Source: Lingula anatina
Taxonomy: Eukaryota > Animalia > Brachiopoda
Direction: 5' to 3'
DNA length: 64,000 bases
Assembly: GCA_051362555.1 (NCBI GenBank)
Contig: CM120646.1
Span: 18,166,001 to 18,230,000 of the forward strand
A model generated the notes under the pieces. That model was not told where the DNA came from and did not search any database. It saw only the letters and a list, made by a program, of their open reading frames with translations. The translations under genes were made by a program, and so were the position numbers. Below, piece after piece: positions 53,201-64,000 of the stretch; the stretch's first letter is position 1; every line of letters starts with the position of its first letter.

Positions 53201-54016
53201 TATTTCTCTACGCTTCACCATATTGTTTTATGAAAAGAGTCATTCTTTATCGGTGTCTCGATCTATCATCAAAGAGTGAAAATAGCACAGAACCACCTTC
53301 GAAAAACAGTCTTCATGGGTGATAAGCAAATTAAGACAAACATTTACAACAGAGGATGGTTTATTTGCCGCTGAGGATAGGTTCCTTCTACCAGAACGAC
53401 ACAGAGAGATTTTACACGAGATATTCACTGATATATTTACTAAATCAGTTCACTCTTTTACTGTAGCTACAGACTTCTCACCAGCTTCACGTGTTAGATC
53501 CGCGTTTTGTCAAACTTCCAAGTGAGGAGAAATAGGTGTGGGCGGAAAGGCAACAAAAATCAGACCCAAATTCTTAATATGCTACATTAAATAAATAAGA
53601 TACTAGTTGCCATACTGTGTTTGACTATTCGATACCATTCATTAAGCGACACCACCCAAAATAACACTCACCGCCTGCGCCTGCAGATTGGTCACCACCC
53701 CTCCACTCTCAACCACGCTGCTCGTCTCATACCCAGTCGTCTCCTGCTGAATACCAAGAATGTAACATCTCTTGGCGCGTTCATCAAAGTACGTGGACTG
53801 GCAGTTATTGTAAGATGTGCAGTGCGCGAGACAGTTGAGGTTGGAAACGGCGGGATATTCTGCCAGATAAACCGGGACTTCATATTCAGGTGCCACCCGA
53901 ACTGTGGTGGAACTTCCTCCTGTGGTAGGTCTGCACGAGGCTATGGAATCAGCCAGGGCGTGATCCTGGAACACCGTAAAAACCCACAGCACTGCCCAAA
54001 AACACATTAAAGACAT
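45069..54016 (-). CDS. Secreted PAN/apple + EGF-like + 3x CTHRC1-type C-terminal domain protein, paralogue 3 (593 aa, 11 exons)
   Basis: Exons 54016-53672, 51072-50967, 49794-49703, 49359-49158, 48739-48593, 48050-47965, 47724-47532, 47060-46899, 46216-46116, 45976-45778 and 45217-45069. Exons 2-11 have the same lengths and phases as in the other two copies. Distinct signal peptide MSLMCFWAVLWVFTVFQDHALA; ends ...TGWRSTTNVIVEEVFVGV*. Confidence 0.88.
49468..49518. repeat. (AT)n microsatellite
   Basis: About 25 AT units. Confidence 0.95.
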
Positions 54017-55177
54017 TTCAGTGTCTTTTTCTTGCTCACAGCACTACCAAAAACATTAAAGGCATCCAGCGTCCTCTTCTTGCAATTCCAAAGGGTCGAC
54101 AAAGGTTTCAGGGATCTTTTTAGTTATCGGATAGGGTTTGTCGGCAAATTATCGCCAAACCTTTTATACGGCAGTGAACAATCGATCGGTTCTCCTTCGT
54201 TTCTTTATAGTGGCAAATCGCCAGGTTAATGGTATGTTTTCTGTCAATGTATTTTATCGGATAATAGAGTCGCCTTTGTGGCCGGTGAATCGTCAAACAA
54301 GAAAACACAATAGTGTTTATGGATATCAATGCAACCAGATATTGATAACATGTTAAAAGAGCTAAAAGAAATGTGTTGAATTCCAATGATTAATATTTTA
54401 TTTGTAAGGTAAGAGTGGTTCAATAAGAGCAAAAAATGCCCCACGTGTTAAATTGATTTCGGACGAATAAATGGTTGAGAACTGTTCAATTCAATAACTC
54501 GTTTTAGCTCGCCACAAAATCGGCTTCGTAAAATGATTGTTTCTATATACTTTTGTAATAAATCTAACATGCTGAATTTCATGTATGATATTAGGGATTT
54601 GGGGTGTAATCTCTGCGAAGATGCATTACTGAATTGAACAGAATTAAGTAAAAGTTCACCCAGAATTGTACATTTTTTATAGTTTGTGGTGAATTTTTTT
54701 TATTTTTGTAAAAAAAGTAAAAACAAAAAACAGTAACCAGCAGCCTCAATCACAAGCAGTCATAGATGTTTGCTATAAATGTAATAAACCCGCACACATC
54801 AACAGTAACCCAAATGTACAATGCATACAGCACTGAGTCTAAAAACACCTTGCATAAAAATTGATTGTGGATAAATCACTATGATTGCTTTTTGTTTCCA
54901 TTGAAAAACACATTTGCATCTATGCCTAAAAGATAAAAGCTTCTATTAGTGGATTAGCTGTAAGGCATGACCTACCTGTAGAAAAACAAACTAACACTCA
55001 TGTCGCTGCATTATTGGCAGAAAGGCAAAAACTCAATTCAGTGAGTGTTTTGCAAAATCAATTTTGTGGTCGTTTTTAGACGATAATTATTTCAGGCAGG
55101 AGTAAAAAAATACGAAGAATAGTATGATTGCAACAGTCGCCGGTAAATGTAACAATTTTACGGACTATACAAATACA

Positions 55178-55282
55178 AGAGACCATTAAAGGATTAAGCA
55201 GTCTTCCTTTCATGTAGGTCCGCCATATTTAGGTCGCGGCCTAGCTAGACCTCGGCCCTTCTCGATCTGAATGGTCCCTTAG
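55178..55282. mobile_element. Partial copy of the 58514-58749 MITE
   Basis: Shares ccttt catgta.gtccgccatatttaggtc...gg..t.g.tag with 58676-58720. Confidence 0.65.
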
Positions 55283-56199
55283 GCGAGAGACCTAAGCAGT
55301 TAAACATAATTCGCTCCTGCAGCAAGAGACGCCGCCAAAGAAAAAAGGTCTCACTGCAGGTTTTCAGCTCTGATTCGCGTTATTTTGATGAAGAGGTTTC
55401 AACTAAGGACCTGCTAAGGACCAGTTGATTCGTGGACAAACTACTCCGCGGATACAACATGGCGCGCCCACTTGAAAGCATGCCGAGATTCAATTGCTCT
55501 GCCTCTGCAGGGACGGCGCGCGTAGGAGGCGGGAATTAATTTTCAAGTGTACGCCATGACCGGTTCTGAACAGGTCCTTAGGCATGAGCCGACCAGTCAA
55601 ACATAACGTATCAGGCAGGATAAGAATTCCAGTAACTTATACCGGCAGTTAATTTTTAAACTAATAATATTTGTTTCCCGCTCTTAAAAGTTACAAAATC
55701 ACAGTTCAACTCAAAATTGAAATCCGAAAACACTTGAAACATCGACAATATTATGCGTGTTATATCTTAGTGCAACACTGTGAGCTGGCTTACAGAAGGA
55801 TGAGACAACCCGACATTGGCCAAGCGTAATCCCTAGCAGGATTGGGTTGTGTGGCATGGTCCTCTGTTATGCAGAGAGATTGACACTACGAGTAAGAACC
55901 AGCTTCCGAATTTTATCGTGTTTTTTTTTTTTTTTTTTCCTTTTTATTCAGATCCCGACGTTTTGTAGTGTTGGGGAATTCTAACTGCTGTAAACATTAA
56001 ACTATTAACAATGAACGGTGTTTTTTACTTTGACAAAATCTTGACATTAAGAAAGCAATCAGCTAATTTGTAAACTTTAATTTTTTTTAATAACTTCAGC
56101 ATCAAGTGAAGAAAGAAGACAGGCATTCGTTACATCGACATTGACGTGTATAGCAAAAGTGCTACTGTATGCCATGTCTTTGGCTGTATTCCCTGAGCT

Positions 56200-56398
56200 T
56201 TTAGATCGATCTATCCCCGCGGGGAGTCTCACTAGATTACTGTCAGATAATCCGGCTTAAATGTCCGTCCCGCCTACTACAAGCTGTAAGGGGGTAATTA
56301 ACTTTCGTGTCCGCTCAGCTGACAGCTATTTAGCGTGAACCCCCAGGGAGTTAGGTCGATCTAAAGTAGATCGATCTAATTTCTGGAAATGGGGTCTT
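56200..56398. mobile_element. MITE-like interspersed repeat, copy 2 of the 5561-5770 family
   Basis: tttagatcgatctatcccc..ggggagtctcact...ttaggtcgatc...gatcgatctaa aligns with the 5.6-kb copy. Confidence 0.75.
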
Positions 56399-58513
56399 TG
56401 AGTCCAAGCAAACGTTTGTAATTCATTGATGTCTGTAGTGTAACATATAGAATTACGGTTATTAACACACTTCTAATGAGAGAATTTAAACAAGAGGAAA
56501 TTCACATCAACCTAACAGGGTGACAAGTCTCATCCACTTCGTTAAGTGCAGGATCGATTAAAAAATCAATTAAATATATACCCCTCGAAAAAGAGGCAGT
56601 TATGTGCGTATCGTCCGTCTATGGTTCACCTTCAATGTTCGATTTTGAAATAACCAAGCCAAGGTGCGTTACTACAATTTATTACTATTTACCCATTGAA
56701 AATTTATTGGGGATTCAGAGTGCACGTTGGTGTGCACGTGTTGCATATTATTGTTCTCGTACTTAAAGCACATTTTTTGTTTTCAGTATAGGATTTACAA
56801 TTGGATAAAACGTGTTATGATCGTAAAACAAGGGGCAAAAAGGAAGGCAATCTTTAATTCAAATTTTAATTTTAGAACAAATATCACTAAGAAAATAAGA
56901 TAAAGGTCCCTATATAGGAGCCAACACGCTATATGCGCAATGTGTTTCTACTAGTAGTCTACCATTGAAACGTGTCGCACTTAGATCGTCAACAGTACAA
57001 AGTCGTTAATCTTTAATAACCACTTCACTGATCTTTATGACCCAGTAAGTTTTCCAGATACAACATGCTTCATTGTAGGCAGTGTTTGCCTCTTAGGAAA
57101 ATAAGTTGCTGGACCGAAAGTCCAGCCATTTTGAAAAGTAGCTGGACTGAATGTCTGCCGGGTGGGAAAACTTCTCAGCCCGTTCTGAAAGTTGTCAGCC
57201 CCGGGCAGACGGTCCAGCCTTAATTTCTAACACTGATTGTAGGCCTAACCATGGAACCTGAAAAAAAGTTACAGCACCGAGGCAAAGCAAACTGATCATA
57301 GTGCCATTGATTTCAAAGCTACACCCATCAAGGTCTCAGCTACTTCTCTCTCACGATTTTAAGCTTTATACTTGGAGTGCCTCACTAAGAGCACAATGAA
57401 AATGTCATTTATATGGAATGAAGTTCAAGAGTAAACGGAGGTTCAATAGCAAAACAAAAGCAGAAACACAGACAATTTTTCCTCTAGATTTTATTATAGG
57501 AACTGCGAAAATACAGCGTGAACAAAGTGACTATTGTGTCAATACGACAAAGAGCGATGCTCAGCAAAATGTCACACATACCGAGGAAAAACTTCAGAAT
57601 GATTTTGTATAAACTAAGTTCCATAATATAAACACGCACCCCCATGCACTTCGAGACTCAGAGGTCAGTAGAAACCCACCTCTATGGTCTTACATGTACA
57701 ATACAAACATATGACGTGTCGCTGTTCTCCCTAAGCCGCCACATATAATAAAGGCATTGCCGTTTGAATTTCAAAATTTAAGCAGTTCGCCACCACAATT
57801 TCCCATCAAACTAAAATTTTACAACCAATGTTCCCGATACTACTGACCCTGCAAAAGGACCATTTGAATGTTCAAAAAGAAAAAAAATTAATTACTACAA
57901 AACTAATTTGAAAATTCATTGTCATCATCGAATATATATACCAACATTAAGCTGAGCATAATTTGTTTGTTTTTTCCATTGCTGCAATCATCCCACCAGT
58001 ACACAACATTAATCATTTTAAGACCATAAAAGTTTTCCATGCAGCTGATCCGAACTACATAAGTGGTTGACAATAACATGGAATTAGTATGGAAGTGTAG
58101 TCAATTGCGTCTGCTGCACTTTTCTAATTGTGTTAGAGAGTCCACCCAGAGGCCAAATGGTCAGTTAGCAGCCACCACAGAAGTATACTTCCATGGATAG
58201 GGAGATATATTGCCATAATAGCCACTAAGTTAGTTTTTCATCCAGATTCTTTACAATCCTTTTACCTCATATTGTGATTTAACTGACAGTTTAGAAAAAA
58301 TTTTCAAAAGAGATCCCGAGCATTTTGCTTTATTTTGATATTTAAAGGTCAATTATGATTATGGAGTGGGGGGAGGGGGGGCGGGGGGGGGGGGGGCTAG
58401 GCTCTACCAAGGAGAGACATATTTTGAGAGTACTTCTCAGATTCAAGGTGAAATTGTCTATTTTATTCTTGAAAGAAATGTTTTGCTGGTATCAAAATAC
58501 TTTCTGACACTTA

Positions 58514-58749
58514 GGCCACATTCACACTGAGAAGAGCCGAGGCTCTACAAGGACAAGACCTAAAAAGGGCGGATGTACATATTCAAGGGGGAGTACAGTC
58601 ATTAAATCTCGGCTCCATTGGGACGATAGGGAGGCGTGTGAGAGGCGGAGAGACTATTAAAAGATTAGGCGGTTTTCCTTTCATGTACGTCCGCCATATT
58701 TAGGTCATGGCTTGGTAGAGCCACGGCTCAACTTGATGTGAATGCGGCC
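58514..58749. mobile_element. PIF/Harbinger-like MITE with TTA target-site duplication
   Basis: TTA|GGCCACATTCACA...TGTGAATGCGGCC|TTA, with extended imperfect inverted arms. Confidence 0.8.
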
Positions 58750-59496
58750 TTAGTCTTAAACAAATTTTGCCAAAAAACTATAACTTTATTCTTAAAAGAT
58801 AAATTAGCAGCAAGCACTCTTGTAATCAGCATCTCTATACTCTATGATACAATGACTGTTCTTAATACTGCATCAATATATGTTTGTGTCATATCAATGT
58901 GTTAGTTTATAATTAAGGAAAAATCTTGTAATTAGCAGTGCACACACACAATATAGATAGATTCTTTCAGAAGCTGATTATCAAAAAAACAAACAAATGA
59001 ATAAATAATTAAATAAATAAATAAATAAATAAATAGAAAGGCTTCCCAACATTGATGACTACAGATATATATATCATCAAAGAAATTATTAGATTTGCAC
59101 TTTTTACAGTGGCATTTTTTCTAGAACTTGTAACTATTACTAGTCTGTAAACATTCCTGCACTAACATTTAACACTTCCGTCATGAATTATAATAAGTGA
59201 AAATCTTGTTGCTTTCCCTGTATCAGTCAGTGACTGAACAAGTAAAAACCTTTGCTTCACCGATTCACCCGCTTGTTACTGAAAAAAAAAAAAATTACAT
59301 ATATATATATATATATATATAAAATCACATCTACATATATAAAATTACATTTTAGCTTCACTTATTGTAAGATTTCAATTTTTCGTTTTTCAGTTACTCA
59401 CCAAAATGTTTTCATCTAAAGAATACTGGAATCAATATTACAAGGAACTGTTATTAAAATATTGAATTTTTCATAGCTGTAGCACATACCTGCTAC

Positions 59497-62343
59497 CTAA
59501 GAGGCCATATCTCCAAACCTATAAGCTATCCACCATTTCTCAAACATGTCGTAGCCAGCGAGCACTCCAGCACATGCCACACCACGCAAGATATTGGCCA
59601 GGTTGCCTTTGAAGAAGGACTGTATGCCCTCGTGTTTGATAATCTGCCTGGCCGCATCGAATGAACTCTTGTATTTCACAGCCTCACCTGGAATTTTATA
59701 AATCATAAAATATTGAATCAATGCTTGAATATGTTTGGCTAAAATAAACCATAGGGAGCCCATTATTACGTACTGGAAAATTCCTTTACACACATGCCAG
59801 GTTGTGTAGTGTTTTTTGCATTTGTTGAAATAATGGAACAACTTTCAACTTCAAGAAGCACATCTAACCAGAACGCACTGGTGTACTTCATATCAATCAC
59901 ATTTCAGCAGTTCCTGAAATACTACAAGGAATATCGACTTGGAACGAAAATTTGTTGGGTCATTTTTTTTTCTTTAAATTTTGATGTCTTTTTGCAACAA
60001 TTCTGTGGTGAAAATGTATTTTACATTCAAGTTATATAGACCAGTTTGAAGTTATCTGCATGTGAATAGCCAGTGAGGGAATCAATAGACGTGTTCATAC
60101 TTTTCACAAGCTTTTGTCACTGGGGAAAAAACTCACTCCCCTTTGGAAGATAGAATCAGAGTGAAACGGATAAAACTAGCATCAGTAGTTTCAAGACAAG
60201 CCTAATCTAAGTTTTTCCTGGGTCTACCCTCTACCTGACTTCATCATCATCCGCCTCCTAACTGTGTCGAATGGATAGGACAGCATGGTGGCAGCTATAG
60301 TCACACAGTAGGCCACGCCAAATCTCAGGAGGAATCCTGCATCAGGGCTGAGGAGGATGGGTTTGAAGCTATCGTAGAGACCAAAGTAGAAGCCACGGTA
60401 CACCATGATACCCACTACTGACACGCCAAATCCACGGTAGAGACCACGGATTCCATCAGTTTTCAGTGTTTGCTTGTACACATCCCTCAAGTTCTGAAAC
60501 AAGCAACAGAATATGGTTACTATATTACATTTAACTGAAAGTCAAATGGATGCGTCATGTTTTTTCAAAATTGATGTGCCAAATAACTGTAGCAGCAGGG
60601 CTAACTGTAACACTAAAACTAAACATTTAAATTGTTAAACAACAGCATCTTTGAGCATTTTTAAACAGATTAACAAGAGAAAAAAAAGCAAATTCCTTTT
60701 ACTTTAACTAAAGTTAATTTCAACTTAACTGATGACTTCAACAAATAAGCTTTACTTGAAGATGAAATCTTTGCTACATTCATACTAGGACCAGTGCAAA
60801 TGCAAGCAAATATAGGACTGGAAAGCTTTTTACTGACTGATACTGATTCATTACACATTTCCTGTCTAAGAAGACTCCAACCTGTCTGTATACATAATAT
60901 TACATCAGAGCACTAGGTTGCTTTTGTTCACTTTGTTTCTTACAATGAAGCACATATTTATCTCAAATTTCATGTCTCAGCTGTATCTGAAGCACTCCTC
61001 TTAAATGAATAATACAACTATTTTGATGGAGTAATTTTAAGAGAGGTACTTGTTCAAAATCCAGTTTCAGTTTGCAAGTCAAAATTTCACTCCCTTAGCT
61101 ATGATGTTCACCGTAAAAGGATAGGTCCGAGTTGAAATATGAAAAGGGCCCAAAGGATGTACTAATATTTACCTTATATTGTCTTTCGCTTCCTTCCTTG
61201 ACAGCATCGTTAGCTAACCTCGTTCTGGCGTAATCTAGAGAATACACGACGCACAGGGACATGCCACCAGCCACACCCCCAGAGAATATGTTCTTCGTGA
61301 ACTTCCAGGCATACGTATCAGTTGGAGAATCTTTGAACAACAAATGAATCTTATCCTTGAAGGCAAAGTTCAACGCCTGGGTTGGGAAGTAACGGATGCA
61401 ATTTGCAACATTACCACGCCAGAATGGGATAACGCCCTCATTATAGTAGATCTGTTTTGTGCAGTCGATCATCCCATTGTAAGGTTTATCCAGCCGACCA
61501 GCCTTGATCATTTCATCTTGGTTTTGGAGGAGAAGTTTAACACGTTCCAGAGGAGCAGCTACTGTCTTGGATATCACAGCTGCCAGACCACCCAAAGCAA
61601 AATTTTCTGCAAACCCAAGTTTTTGCTTTCCTGCCTGAAATAATTTTTAATGAAATAAAATTGAATTTCGAACTGTATTCTATAAAGTAAAGCTTCATTT
61701 GATTTAAGAACGCATTTATCACATGCAACAATATCAGAATTTAGACAAGAAGGCTCAGACACATTGCAAGTAACACACATACATGTAAACCATCACTTAA
61801 ATATACCTTTGAGAAATTCAAAACTATCGTCATAAATAAATGTGCATATAACATAATATGGTGAGGCAAGAAAATCAGAGTAAAATGATTTGGCGCGATA
61901 ATCCCTTAAAATAACCTACCACCTAGATATATTTGATGTAAATAAAAAGTGACGTGGTAAACCCTTATATGGTATTTTAGTTGTGATTGAACCCATTATG
62001 ATTATACCCATATATCAACCAACATTCTTCCCACTTCTTCTACCATTTAACACACTATGACATGTTATAATTTACTGCCAAAATATGAGACATTGCAAAA
62101 ATAATCTAACTACACCAAGGCAAAATTGCAACCGCTGAAAACGTGGAGGGGTGAAAGCGGGTAACGGGTAACAAGACAAATCAGCTTTTGTTTGACCAGA
62201 TTTTTGCTAAGTCATGCACTGCTACATTTCAAAAGAACACCAAGTAGGTAAATGATTCCATTTCTTTTCTAAATACTATCGTTTTTCTGACATTCATACA
62301 TGAAGATAATGCGCAACAATCAAAAGTATGTAAAGCATACCAT
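59497..62343 (-). CDS. ANT: Mitochondrial ADP/ATP carrier (adenine nucleotide translocase, SLC25 family), ~304 aa
   Basis: Exons 62343-62341 (ATG|gtatgc, inferred start), 61634-61173, 60493-60235 and 59687-59497, in frame. Motifs [72 protein letters not shown] (the AAC signature) and [11 protein letters not shown]. Confidence 0.95.
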
Positions 62344-64000
62344 ATTTCGACCTTGAGCGTGGTTGTTGGCAAAGGTGAGCGAACGAGATTTTGCGAGATC
62401 GTGGTGGTCCAAGACAAGCCAAAATCGATTTTTTGCTTATCAAGTACAAAGTTGTGTATTTTAAAACACGATATTATATCTCGTTATATCTACTGTTATG
62501 TTTGATATCATATATTTATACCCCCCCCCCCAAGAAAAGAAAAAAATCTTCCACTGCTTCGTGTAACAAAATCTCTGTATAGATTGAAAATGTTACATTT
62601 TGTGGACAAATAAAATAATAAATCGGGGGAGAAAGGAGAAAGAAAAGAAAAAAAATACAGGTTGTTAGATCTGAAGAAGGCCGACGAGAAAAGGAAGGGC
62701 TGGAATTGATAAAATTAAGCGCTTTTGTAATGTTATTTAAAGATACATACAAAGTCAATTTTTTGTCATAAAAACTAACCAAATGCCAGCATATAGTTTC
62801 AAGTAGTATAACTAAGAGAATTACCAAAAGGCATTGTTTAATTTTACCCGAAAGTGATGTTTGAACAGATTTTTCTGCTAGCATTCTATGCTGTATGTCA
62901 ATGGGGCAGAAAAGTAGGTCACAAAAGTAGGTTAAATTGACAACCAAAAATTTAAAGAAAGGAGCACTCTAAAGCCCTTTTATGGCTGATCAGGTGATTT
63001 ATTCAGTTTATCCCTTGGCATGTCGAATTTATTAGAGTCATATAAGAAACTAGTAGAAGTGGTTTACATGTTTTACTGGGAATCCACGCTCCACCGATGC
63101 TCGGTTCGTATGTAGCCTACCTTTAATGCCATACTTTTAAAAACAAATGTAAAAAAATTATAAAATAAAAATTGATTTTCATTGAAATCTTTTCAGGCAA
63201 TAGACCTACCTACTAGTAAATGTAGGCCCTATATAGGCCTATATTTTCCCTTTAGGATCTGTATCATGACCGCAAACTATTGACAAATTATAAATGATTT
63301 ATAAATCTTTGTTTGTCTTCTAAGTTGCTCAAGGAGGGGGGGGGGGGCATCCAAGAGGGTGACCCGAATAACTTTTTTTTTTTTTTTTTTTTTGCGAAAA
63401 TAAACTTGCCACAGATGGCACGCGTAAATTTGTGAAGTACAACACAGATGTTGCAAAGCCACTGGCGTTGCAGCAGACTTGAAAAGATGATGTTTTTATC
63501 ACCGATGGCCCTTCCTCCCTGTGTAAATTAGTTGCCACAGGTGGTGTGACAATTTGTTCTAGAATCACATTTTTCTTCACAACCTACAGACCTTCTAATT
63601 CAGTCTAAAGCTTGACTGTCGCGTTCTCGTATGCTTTGCCTTGGAATACATGTTAAATGCGCATAGGGGCCTGCAAGTATACTTTTGAATTTTTCCTAGG
63701 AAAAAAAAAACAATTACAGCTTATTTTACCAAGTTTCATACAGCGGCTACGTGAGGCTGCACTAGGACGTGTAACCCAGGGTGAAAATGTTGTAATTACA
63801 TGACAAACGTATGTCGTCCATGACGTCCCTCCCAAGTCCAGTTGCGACTGAACTAGAGATGCGCTAACAAACGCTCGGAAAGAAAACGCTAGCAAATGGC
63901 AACAACGATGGTTACTCTGTTTCACGCTTTTCTGATTATTGGAGGCATTACTACATTTCCTGTCGTAGGTAAGAAAATTATTTATAACAAAGACGGAAAT

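Noticed and set aside
21038-54016. The three gene copies as allelic haplotypes assembled in tandem
   Set aside because: Introns carry different insertions and long unalignable segments, and there are three copies with mosaic similarity. True paralogy is more likely, though long reads should confirm it.

Overview
AT-rich, intron-containing eukaryotic DNA, most likely a marine invertebrate; nothing is prokaryotic and most ORF-track entries are spurious or single exons. Manual splicing (GT-AG, phases checked) recovers seven minus-strand genes: the 5' end of a secreted chitin-binding type-2 (peritrophin-A) domain gene, two tandem PLAC8/cornifelin-family genes, three tandem intact 11-exon paralogues, and a 4-exon ADP/ATP carrier of plant/fungal-like sequence type. 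The three paralogues encode a ~593-aa secreted protein with the architecture signal peptide - PAN/apple - EGF-like - 3x CTHRC1-type C-terminal domain and no collagen helix. They are the most interesting element: the architecture is unusual, the copies are mosaic, and substitutions cluster in the same loops. Repeats include a 3.1-kb Helentron/HINE-like element carrying a 146-bp satellite rich in AGGTCA DR1 motifs, several MITEs, a truncated LINE and microsatellites. Domain calls come from motif recognition by eye, not database searches.
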